From Octopus vulgaris (Eukaryota), in the NCBI GenBank assembly GCA_951406725.2, contig OX597822.1:64108001-64172000 (forward strand): a DNA stretch of 64,000 bases, read 5' to 3'. Made by a program: the position numbers and the translations under genes. The notes below the pieces were generated by a model. The model was not told the origin of the DNA and ran no database searches. It was given only the letters and a program-made list of their open reading frames with translations. Shown piece by piece: positions 52,782-64,000 of the stretch. Every line of letters starts with the position of its first letter. Position 1 is the stretch's first letter.

Positions 52782-53048
52782 GGAGAGAGAGAGAGAAAGA
52801 GCGAGAGAGAAAGACAGGGGGAAAGAGATGAAGGAAGAGTCCAAGTCTAGTTGTTCCTGTTTGTTTCTATTTGTATAGATACAGGTTATCTTCAGCATCT
52901 TCTTCAATATCTTGTTGGTGCCAGTATGTCTTGGCGAATATCAGAAAGTACTGAACCGGTGTGACATAACTCCCTAAATGGAATGATATATACATACATG
53001 CATAAATACAAACATACATACATACATGGATATATACATATACATATT

Positions 53049-53121
<73 letters not shown>

Positions 53122-53166
53122 GTATATATATATGTATATATACATATGTATATATATGTATATGTG

Positions 53167-53228
<62 letters not shown>

Positions 53229-53236
53229 CACACCGT

Positions 53237-53275
<39 letters not shown>

Positions 53276-53667
53276 GCTTACATACAGAACACGCATACGC
53301 ATAGATAAATGAGTAAAAGTGTGCGTCTTGATCTTTCCCCCGTCTCTTACTCTCTCTCTCTCTATATATATATGTGTGTGTGTGTGCGTGTGCGTGTGCG
53401 TGTGTATATGTGTGTGTATGCGTTTGTGTGTGTTTGCGCGTGAGTGTGTATTCGTGCGTACGTGTATGCGTTTATGCGTGTGCATATGTGTGTGTGTACG
53501 CACATACATATTCACACGAATGTATGTATGTATGTATGTACATACAGATGCATATATGTGCGTATATGTAGTTGCCCAATGAAATTAGTTAAACATTGCG
53601 GATACAACATCATTAACCGATAATATGTGTGCTCAGGCTCGTATCCATACACATATACACACATACA

Positions 53668-53717
<50 letters not shown>

Positions 53718-53819
53718 TATACATATACATATATTTACGTATATACTATATATATATATATACATACATACATACATACATACATTCATACATACATACA
53801 TACATACATACATACGTAC

Positions 53820-53884
<65 letters not shown>

Positions 53885-54031
53885 TGTATGTATGTATGTA
53901 GGTATATACTATTGTACGTATGTTTATGTTACTAGTATTGGTTAATTAAGATGTGCCCGCAATGTGTAACTAATTTCAACACATGCTTCCCCACTCACAT
54001 CACTATCCCCCACCTCAAGCACACACAGAGT

Positions 54032-54086
<55 letters not shown>

Positions 54087-54349
54087 GGAGAGAGAGAGAG
54101 AAAGAGCGAGAGAGAAAGACAGGGGGAAAGAGATGAAGGAAGAGTCCAAGTCTAGTTGTTCCTGTTTGTTTCTATTTGTATAGATACAGGTTATCTTCAG
54201 CATCTTCTTCAATATCTTGTTGGTGCCAGTATGTCTTGGCGAATATCAGAAAGTACTGAACCGGTGTGACATAACTCCCTAAATGGAATGATATATACAT
54301 ACATGCATAAATACAAACATACATACATACATGGATATATACATATACA

Positions 54350-54350
<1 letters not shown>
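51900..54350. repeat. Near-identical ~1.32-kb tandem duplication
   Basis: Anchor cagaacacgcatacgcatagataaatgag at 51964 and 53285; unique parts essentially identical, microsatellite lengths differ. Confidence 0.92.
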
Positions 54351-54430
<80 letters not shown>

Positions 54431-54473
54431 GTATATATATATGTATATATACATATGTATATATATGTATATG

Positions 54474-54550
<77 letters not shown>

Positions 54551-54639
54551 TATATTTATATAAATATGTAGTAATATATATCTATGCATATGTATCAGTG
54601 TGTGTGTGTGTATGAATGTGTGTACCGTATATATCTATT

Positions 54640-54832
54640 CTTTTATCCTTTTGTTTTTTTCAGCCATTTGACTGCGGCCATGGTGGACCACCGCCTTCAG
54701 TCGAACAAATCGACCCAAGGACTTATTCTTTGTAAGCCTAGTACTTATTCTGGCAGTTGCTTTTGCCGAATGGGGACGTAAACACACCAATATCGGTTGT
54801 CAAGCGATGGGGGTGTAACAAACACAGACACA
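54640..54832 (-). mobile_element. SINE family A 3' half
   Basis: catttgactgcggccatg...gggacgtaaacacacca...gtcaagcgatg. Confidence 0.8.
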
Positions 54833-54846
54833 CAACAAACATATGC

Positions 54847-54901
<55 letters not shown>

Positions 54902-55005
54902 ATAATGATGTCATTGAGACCCAATGGTGTCAGGTATCTATACAGCCTTAGTTTTTTTTTATCTCATTACGCAAAAAATTCTTATATATATAAATATATA
55001 TATAC

Positions 55006-55036
<31 letters not shown>

Positions 55037-55078
55037 CATATATATATTTGTTTATATATGTTTGTATGTATATATATA

Positions 55079-55131
<53 letters not shown>

Positions 55132-55214
55132 ATATATATATGTATATATATCTATATCTATCTATCTATCTATATATATATATATGTATGTATATCTATC
55201 TATCTGTCTATCTG

Positions 55215-55278
<64 letters not shown>

Positions 55279-56787
55279 GAAGAACTGGAACGAGATAACG
55301 AGTAGGGTGGTCACTCTCGCCCGGCAATGGGCCGAGAGGAAACTGTCCCTAAAAGGTCGGGCGGAGGTGGCGAACACGTACATCGCGTCCGTCATCTACT
55401 ACCGCCTGACCGTCGTACCTTGTCCCGACCCTACCATCACCAAACTACAACGCATTCTCTTTCGCTTCTTGTGGAAAGGATGCGTCCCGATGGTCAGGCG
55501 ATCCATTTGCTGTCAACACCCGTTAAAAGGAGGGCTGGGCATGCCGTGGTTGATGATGCGCAGACACGCGCTGAGTATGTGACATCTCTGGCTCTATGTA
55601 GACGACGGTGAACAGGTGTGGTCGCCGTTTGTGAGGCACGCTTTCCCGCAGCTCGTCTCCATGACCGAACTGCAGTCGTGGATCAAAAAGAGGCCGAAGA
55701 AGGGCGAATGGCACCGCGAGTGTCGCGTTGCTCTCAAGCAACTCTGCCGTCCTGGATCGACCTTGAGTGACTTCAACACAACCAAAGCATTCTATAGGGG
55801 TTTAGTGGAGGGGAGGTACGACGACGAGCTCGGGGCGAACCTGGACGTCGACGAGGAGTACCTGACCCGCCTATTCAGGATGACTTTCGGGCCAGGGCCC
55901 ATGGACAACTTCCAGAGATCCCTGGCCTGGCAGTGCTACCGAGAAGCGCTACCCGTTCAGGATAAGCTCTACAGACACGGCTCGAGAAACACGGGGCCGA
56001 CCTGCCCGAGATGCGGTCAGAGCGACGAAACCGTTCTGCACGCACTCGTGCAGTGTCCAACAATTTCCGACCTGTGGGCTTGTGTCGAACAACTGCTGTC
56101 ACGTGTGGGACGAGTCGGTTTATCAGCTGAGTCTATCGTTAATATTGTCACGCCTCCCTCCTTCACACGGGAAGGAAGAGCTATTTTCATCATCCTTGTG
56201 GCTATGGCGAAAGAATGTATCTGGTGGACGCGTCTGAAAGGATTGGAGACAAACACTTTCCTCTCTGGTCAATCTCTCATCAACTTCTTCAAGTACCACT
56301 TGAAAAGGAAAGTGAGAGTAGAGAGGCAAGTTTTGTCTAGCGAATGTTTTAAAAAAAGATGGGTGAATGTAGCAAGAATGGCACGTATGAATGACGAAGC
56401 CACCTTGAGCATGATCCTATGAACCCAGAAATTGAAAACAGAGAGTTGCTTATTTGCAAAAAAAAAAAAAAAGAAATATAACATGTGACTCCATTGATCG
56501 AGGTTACCGTGGTCTTTTCCGTAGGCTTTTCTTTCCACGGGTAAACCTCACCTGTCCTCCCCTTTACACTTCATATTGACATTTCTGTGATAACGATCCC
56601 TATTGATCAATTTTTTTTTTCTTCCTCTCCCCCTTTTTTTTAACCCCCCTTTTTTTGTCCTCTTTCTCTCCTTTTACGATCCCTTTTGATCGAAACTCCC
56701 CCTTCCTTTTTTTAAACCTTCAAAAGAAAAGCTCTACCTTGTAATTTGTTCTATCTGTGTGCAGCCCTGTGTGGCTAATAAAGAAAC
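55279..56787 (+). mobile_element. Tx1/L1-clade LINE 3' portion in (TATC)n
   Basis: LSLKGRAEVANTYIAS...FRFLWKG...KGGLGMP (55307-55582), frameshift, then 268-aa ORF 55616-56422 with CxxC..E...H...C finger; T/C-rich 3' UTR; AATAAA 56777. Confidence 0.93.
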
Positions 56788-56788
56788 A

Positions 56789-56885
<97 letters not shown>

Positions 56886-56993
56886 GTCTGTCTGTCTATC
56901 TATCTATAGTGAGAATTTACAAAAAAACAAAAGACAAAGGCGATGTAAACATCAAACAGATGTATTAGTGTCACTCTCGGGAAGTGAGAAAGT

Positions 56994-57029
56994 CATTTAC
57001 GTTTCGAGCCTACGCTCTTCGACAGAAAG
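56994..57029 (-). ncRNA. Variant-core hammerhead-like motif in a family G element (56907-57095)
   Basis: Minus strand: cttt-CTGTCGA-a-gagc-gtag-gctc-GAAA-cg-TA-aatg. Confidence 0.6.
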
Positions 57030-57189
57030 GAACACTGAAATAAGCAGGGAGAGAAAATAGAAAAAGGTATAGTGGCTAGCTATCTATCATGGTGAATATA
57101 TATGTATATATATATATATATATATGTATACAAAAACATTCGTATACGCATGCATATATATGTGTTTTATTGAAAGCAAGATAGTGTTG

Positions 57190-57903
57190 GGTTTTAAAGT
57201 ATTGCTACGAAATACTTAATAAACGAAAGAGACAGTGATGCTCTTGCAGCTCGAAGGTGCAATCGAAAATGTAGTTTTCTTTATATATTTGTGTAAGACA
57301 TCACACATGATTATCTTCCCCCAAAATGTCACCAGCGTACTAATTCCCAATCGACACGACATCATCGCAAAAACATTTGAATATTCGGAAAGAAGACAAT
57401 CCTCTAATAAATATAGACTCCCACCGCTATTGAATGCATACACAAACATCGACATAAGAAATATTGGTGGAACCTTTCCATCAAAATTTCTGTCAAGTGC
57501 AAATATAACAGGCTCGATATTGTTAGGGAGAGATAGGAAAAAGTATATACCGTCATTGAGGTCAACTGCCCTGCTGATGTGATTATCTTTTCGGAAATCA
57601 AAGAGAAATTAGTTACCTACGGACAACTTCACCGAAACTTCCAGCTTCTATATCTAGATTATAAATTCATATTTATATCAACAATAATTATTGCGCGTGG
57701 CTTTGTGGGTAAATGCCTAGGTGACAGTTTGGATAAGCTAGGGTTTTTAAAAGAAAAAGTAATTAATAATCTAATTTGCACATTACAAACCCAATTTCTA
57801 AGTGGAACAATTGAAATATGCATGACTTTTCTCCGGTTTAAAATGTGATAATGCTTTTGTTATCTACATTCCAACGATAAGATCTTAAGATTTTATATGT
57901 TTA

Positions 57904-57905
<2 letters not shown>
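57190..57905 (+). pseudogene. RLE-type non-LTR retrotransposon (R4/NeSL-like) C-terminal fragment
   Basis: Across frames: RHDIIAK; YWWNLSIK...YNRLDIV; TVIEVNCPADV; YGQL.RN.QLLY..YKF (RH + PD-(D/E)xK-type endonuclease order). Confidence 0.7.
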
Positions 57906-57960
<55 letters not shown>

Positions 57961-58336
57961 ATTATCTGTCTGTGGTCGGTCCGAGGATATAGTAGAAGAC
58001 ACTTGCCCAAGGTGCCATATATATGTAGGTTGATTTCTCAAGACGCGCTTTATATCGTGTATAGAGAGTGGAGTGGGGTGAAATATACTTAAACATATAA
58101 TCAACATTAAGGATGCAGGATAAAGTTTGATGGATGGCAAAGCACAGTGTGATGAGCGCTACCATCACATACATAGAAAGTAGAGCAGAAAGAATTCTAG
58201 AGACAGAGTAGGTGGAGGAGGAGAGGGGGGAAATGAGCAGTTAGAGGGAGATAGGAATTATGTAATGCAACAATTCAGAGTAGTATAATATCGCATATAA
58301 AATGTAGTTAAAATAATATTATAAAGCAAAATAGTT

Positions 58337-58399
<63 letters not shown>

Positions 58400-59066
58400 G
58401 AGACTAGATGTCAGGCTGGGGGGAAAGAGGTAAAGTACAGGAAGGAAATAGACGGTCAATTATAAACGTACTACGGGAGAAATTAAAGCATGTCATATTT
58501 GGAATGGTATTTGAAAAACAATGAAAATGTGTTTCGTTTTTGGATTTGGTTTGCAAGATTCTTTATGTGAGTTCGTGTGTTGAATCATATTCTGTTGTGT
58601 CTGGGGAGAGTCATTTTCTTTTTTGTGCTTTATAATTTAACACACTCACCGGTGAAATTTCCACTTATTCCTTATTTTTATTTTCCTAAAAAATTTCGTT
58701 GCGTCCTGCAACCTTTTCAATAAGAGAACACTCATAATATAAAATTATCTCAAGTTTTATAGAGACAAATAAACGTATTAACATAAACTGGGAATATATA
58801 CTTTATTAAGTAAAGTGGGAATAAATACAGGCACATTCAATATATGTATGCATGTGTGTGTGTATGTGTGTGCGGACGTACATAGTGCGTTTGTGTGTGT
58901 ATGTGTATGCGCATGTCTATGTGTGTGACGTGTGTATGTGTGTGTAAAAATATTGACACAAAAATATATGAGCATTTACACGATCATACATATACATATA
59001 GAGGCATGCATACACGCATATACAAGTATCCATACATACTCGCGCACAGACACACAGTCATTTATA

Positions 59067-59498
59067 CAGGGTATCCCAAGAGTCACTGATGGCAGCCATT
59101 TTCGGCTTCGCCCGCCCGTGCTCTTTCCAAAACTTGCACCATAACACTCGCAAGCGTTTCAGACCCCACTTCTACTGATTTCTCTATCGATGTTCACTTT
59201 CAGTTGCACCAGGGCCTCTGGTTTGTTGACGTAAACCCTTTCTTTCAGCTACCCCCACAAGAAAAAATTCGGGCTAGTCAAGTCTGGGGAACGTGAAAGC
59301 CAGTTGACATTACCGTAGCGGGAGATTATTCTCTCTTCAAAGCATTGTCGTAGCAACTACATTGTTTCTCTTGCGGTATGAAGAGTTGCTTCATGTTGCT
59401 GGAACCATTTGTGAGGTCTACTTTGAATGGCTTTTACATTGTAAAGTCAAGGAAGTTATTAAAAATTGAAACCCATTAATGACTTTTGGGACACCCTG
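59067..59498 (-). mobile_element. Internally deleted Tc1/mariner-superfamily element (rosa/maT-like)
   Basis: TIRs cagggt(a/g)tcccaa(g/a)agtca, TA TSD; minus-strand WFQQHEATLHTA and RSPDLTSPNFFLWG*LKERVYVNKP. Confidence 0.88.
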
Positions 59499-60035
59499 TA
59501 TATACATACACACACAGAGTTTAAGCTGATAATTATTTCTCTTTGAAAAATTAGTATTTATTTGATCATTGTGTAGAAGCGCCAAGAAATTTCAGAGAAG
59601 TTAAATTATAAGTATAAATATATATGTATGCCATATTTCCTGGTATTATCCATTGCATCAAAAGAATACTTCCCGAGTTACCCGTCTTATGACGGCTAAC
59701 ATACTAGTATACAGTGATCGATTATGTGCAACTTTGAATTTTTCGGCTTCAAAAAAGCAGTATCTTACTCTGCTTTAGGCATTCGCGTACTATTTTGCCC
59801 CATTGTGTTGCACGAATGTGCTCACCACACCACACATTGTTTCTTTGATAATTCATATGTATATATTCTTTTGTTCGTTTACTGATTTCAATAATCTGAT
59901 TTCGGTTGCTGAAATAAGTACAATGTTTTAAGGTAAGTACAGGGGTTGATTTGATCGGATAAAATTCTTCAAGGCGATGACATATTATAGCCGCAGTACA
60001 GAAACAAGAAACAGAAGAAACATTCATTTGTGTAT

Positions 60036-60111
<76 letters not shown>

Positions 60112-60608
60112 TTATGTATATATGAAAACTACGACCATAAAAACTTTTAACTCCAACACAGTCAGGTTTTAATATAAAATATTTGTATGGCTGTTCCCTA
60201 TTTGTACACATATACACACAGACGCACACACACGTACACACTATCACACACATGCATACACCCACCTCTTCTATTCCATCTTGGTATCTATATGTGTGTG
60301 TATGTTTTCATGCAAATATTCACACAAGAATTATATATGTGTGTGTGTGTGTGTGCGTGAATGTGTGCGCGCGTGTGTACATGTATACGTAAATAGTTAC
60401 TTATACACCCATACATGCATTCATGCATGCATATACACACACATATACGTAATCTCCATCTAGGTTTTCTTTGAAGAATATTACCTCAGCATGATATATT
60501 AGGAGACCAAATATGTGTGACACTGGCTATTGGAAGGTGAATATTGAATGGGTCTGTCTCGTAAGATTTGTTTAATTGTATATAAGGAGGAAAGAATATG
60601 TGTATGTG

Positions 60609-60648
<40 letters not shown>

Positions 60649-60688
60649 CACAGACATATATACATACATACATACATACATACATACA

Positions 60689-60721
<33 letters not shown>

Positions 60722-60842
60722 GTACACATATAAGCATATATATTCAGAATGCATAAACACATATATTCATATAAATATACATGTATATACACACACACGC
60801 ATATATGTATACATAGTTATACATATACATATGTATATACAT

Positions 60843-60887
<45 letters not shown>

Positions 60888-60943
60888 CTCATACACATAT
60901 GCACACATATATATATATGTATGTGTGTGTGTATATATGTACA

Positions 60944-60984
<41 letters not shown>

Positions 60985-61105
60985 ATATACATATATATGT
61001 GTGTGTATATATATACATATATATATGCGTGTGTTGTGTATGTATATATATATATATTTATGTAAATATATATATACATATATATGTATGTATATATATA
61101 TGTGT

Positions 61106-61140
<35 letters not shown>

Positions 61141-61997
61141 AACAAAAAGAACTTCAAGAAGATGACGAAGACGAATCATTTGCATATGGTTTCATAAGTT
61201 TTGTGTATACGCATAGCATGTGACTGTCTGTGTGTGTGTGTGTTTGTTTTTTCGTGGGGAGAGCGAGCTAAGAAATCTCCCGATTACATTGGTTTAGATA
61301 AGAAACAGGCTCTAAATATGCTACAGTGACGTGGCCAGGAGAAAACTACAGCCATTCGTCGTGATTAATCTGGAATGTAGTTTCTTAGAAATAACTTTCC
61401 AACGATATCTTTTTATGCTGCAATCGTCGAAACGTTTTATTGGCGTTTGGTTGATGTATGGCCTGGAAACTTTACATTTATGATAACCCGATAGAACAAT
61501 ACCTTACGTAAGATGATTTCAACGGTGGTCACTATTTAACATTGTTATCGTAACAGCGTTCGACTATGTTTATGGAAGTGGTGGTTTTACAATATAATGA
61601 TATCGATTAGTTTCAGGATTTGAGATGGAAGCAATTGTTATGTAATTGGATAGATAGCTCAGACGTGGGAGAAGGTTATTACAGCTGTCTGCTTTGTAAT
61701 ATATTTCGGTTTGTTGTAGTTGCAGTTGTTGTTGTTGTTGTCTCCGTCCGTGTCGTCGTTATTGTTCTGATTACTGTTGTTGCTGCTGCTGTTGATGTTA
61801 TTGCTTAGCCGCTGGTCAGCTCTGATTAAACTGACCCGTGATCAAAGATACTCCAGCTGTGGACATCCGGTTTTTTTCTCGCCACTTATAGTGTAGTAAG
61901 GACTGCTTTAACCATTGTTTTCTTCCGATATTTAAGAGACCCCTTAATGTTATTTCGGAAAGAGAGAGAGAGAGAGTGGGAGAGAGAAAGTGAGAAG

Positions 61998-62084
<87 letters not shown>

Positions 62085-62239
62085 TGTGTGTGTTTGTGGT
62101 TATTTCTAACATATCTGACAACCACCTAAGAGCTCCTTCATGGGTTTGGAGAGAAACGAATATAAATAATTTGGAGTAGATAGTATCGTTGTTTAATCAA
62201 CTGAGCTACCTACTACTTCAATTATAACGAATTCTGCTC

Positions 62240-62435
62240 TAAGCGTGAAATTTTGGACGAAGGAGTTTATCAAATACATCGACTCCAGTGCTCAACTAGT
62301 ACTTATTTCATCAACCTCGAATGGGATGAAAAGCAATGTCGGCCTCGGCGGAATATGAATTCAGAACGTAAAGCCGGAAGAAATGCCGCTAAGCACTTTG
62401 TCCGGTGTGCTAATGATTCTGCCATCTCGCCGCCC
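62240..62435 (-). mobile_element. Diverged SINE family B
   Basis: ggatgaaaagcaatgtcggcctcggcggaa...ctcgccgcc. Confidence 0.75.
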
Positions 62436-62651
62436 TTTCTCATCTAATTATGATGTCGGTAACTGGTTATATCACTGGCACTTCTACATTTTGTGTAATT
62501 CTCAGGCAGAATTAGTGCGATACACTGTGACAGAGGTAGGCCTGTGAAATACATGTACACCGAATGATTGTTACATAATTTTCCGCTTACGTAATTTCAG
62601 TCATAACGCTTAGGTTGATCTAAAACTAAACTACAATATATATGCATATAT

Positions 62652-62694
<43 letters not shown>

Positions 62695-62858
62695 GGCGTA
62701 GCAGTGGCTGTGTGGTAAGTAGCTTGCTTACCAACCACATGGTTCCGGGTTCAGTCCCACTGCGTGGCACCTTGGGCAAGTTTCTTCTACTATAGCCTCG
62801 GGCCAACCAAAGCCTTGTGAGTGGATTTGGTAGACGGAAACTGAAAGAAGCCCGTCGT
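62695..62858 (+). mobile_element. SINE family A 5' half
   Basis: Head with boxes A and B, body to gaagcccgtcg. Confidence 0.9.
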
Positions 62859-62881
62859 ATATATGTGTATATATATATATA

Positions 62882-62965
62882 TCGCGCCAAATTTATCGGC
62901 AGCAAATAAATATAAGCCGCCGATCGGCGGCTTATATTTATTTGCTGCCGATAAATTTGGCGCGA
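62882..62965. repeat. Perfect 84-bp palindrome with no spacer
   Basis: 62882-62923 is the exact reverse complement of 62924-62965. Confidence 0.97.
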
Positions 62966-63051
62966 GTGCGATGATTTGAAAATTTTAGGTCAGATATTGC
63001 CGAGACAGGGAGAGAAGTGCCTCGTGAAAATATCTGTTCCGATCTGGCTGT

Positions 63052-63156
63052 TTTCTTACTGACGAATCTATCGGCCTATGGAAGATTGGCTTGATTTAAT
63101 TTAATCAGGTTAGTTTACCATTAAACAATAGATGAAACGGTGCATCGTATAAGAAA
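63052..63156 (+). ncRNA. Intact-looking hammerhead ribozyme with long stem II
   Basis: tttctta-CTGACGA-atctat-[56 nt]-atagat-GAAA-cggtgcatcg-TA-taagaaa: 7-bp stem I, 6-bp stem II base, near-palindromic stem III, GUA site. Confidence 0.9.
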
Positions 63157-63371
63157 GTACAGGGTAAATGTTTTTTTAATTTTCTCCTGGTTTGCGGAAT
63201 TAATGTTATTTTGCGGTTGAAGCTTTGGCTGTTATTTCTAGTGGGTGAATGGCCTATTATGGCCGTTCCTTGATTGTGATGTTGAACTTATAAATGGTCT
63301 ATGACTATTTAATTTTTTCCCACTAGGCCGCTGGTGGCAAAAAAATTCTACAAAATTTTTTGCCACCCTAT

Positions 63372-63412
<41 letters not shown>

Positions 63413-63511
63413 AAGAAGACTAAACAACATGGCGATGAACTGGCCAAGGTCACCGATTATTTCTTATACAATATAAAAGAAGTTTGTTTGAAACAATATA
63501 CTTTAACGATA

Positions 63512-63689
63512 TTCTTTTACTTGTTTCAGTCATTTGACTGCGGTCATGCTGGAGCACCGCCTCAAAGGGTGTTAATCGAAGAAATCAACCCCAGGACTTA
63601 TTGTACTTACTTATTGTATCGGTCTCTTTTGCCGAACCGCTAAGTCACAGGGACAGAAATACATTAGCATCAGTTGCCAAGCGATGGCA

Positions 63690-63692
<3 letters not shown>
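63512..63692 (-). mobile_element. SINE family A 3' half
   Basis: ttttacttgtttcagtcatttgactgcgg...tttgccgaaccgctaag. Confidence 0.85.
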
Positions 63693-63732
<40 letters not shown>

Positions 63733-63734
<2 letters not shown>

Positions 63735-64000
63735 CTGTTATATAAAATCCGTTCTGTCTGCCTGTGTGTGTGTCTTCTAGGATCTCGGACATCCTCCATC
63801 CGGTTGCGCTCAAATTTGATACGTAGATACCAACGGTATCAGGGCGTGTATAAGTCTTGAAAAAATTACAAAAATCGATTCCAGGTGAGAATGCGATGGA
63901 TAAAGCCTTGGGAACGTGCATTTGTACGCGCAATAAAATCGTTTTTCTTTGGAATAGAAAAAAAGTCTATCGTTATTTCTTCTTTTGCTGGTGTCTTAAA
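63733..64000 (+). mobile_element. Possible non-autonomous Helitron 5' end (runs off the window)
   Basis: a|TCtgttatataaaa start, tctgtctg tract and ccg.ttgcgctcaaatttg block typical of such elements. Confidence 0.45.

Noticed and set aside
55616-56422. 268-aa ORF as a host zinc-finger gene
   Set aside because: It is the Tx1/L1 ORF2 C-terminus, multicopy in the window and frameshifted upstream.

Overview
AT-rich, microsatellite-saturated eukaryotic DNA with no confidently identifiable host gene. The repeat landscape (tRNA-derived SINEs with internal (TA)n/(TG)n, Penelope-like elements, Tx1/RTE/CR1-type LINE tails) suggests a cephalopod, probably Octopus; this is an inference. Almost all ORFs in the track are microsatellite translations. 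Real coding signal is limited to decayed transposon pieces: a chimeric Penelope-like retroelement (RT + GIY-YIG, ~25.9-29.8 kb, minus), Tx1/L1, RTE, CR1/L2 and RLE LINE 3' ends, mariner/Tc1, hAT and Helitron remnants. The main hidden structure is RNA-level. I count 15 hammerhead-ribozyme-like motifs by eye (9 with a canonical CUGANGA box), carried by short non-coding elements that sit in (TA)n or other microsatellites and often have fold-back inverted repeats ending at the ribozyme. They include (i) a tRNA-headed, Pol III SINE-like element carrying a hammerhead (48.0-48.35 kb; sister copy at 3.8-4.06 kb), (ii) hammerheads with long structured stem II inserts, (iii) a family-wide CUGUAGA/CUGUCGA core variant, and (iv) an 84-bp perfect palindrome capping an intact ribozyme element at 62.9-63.4 kb. 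Coordinates were read by hand; element boundaries are approximate.
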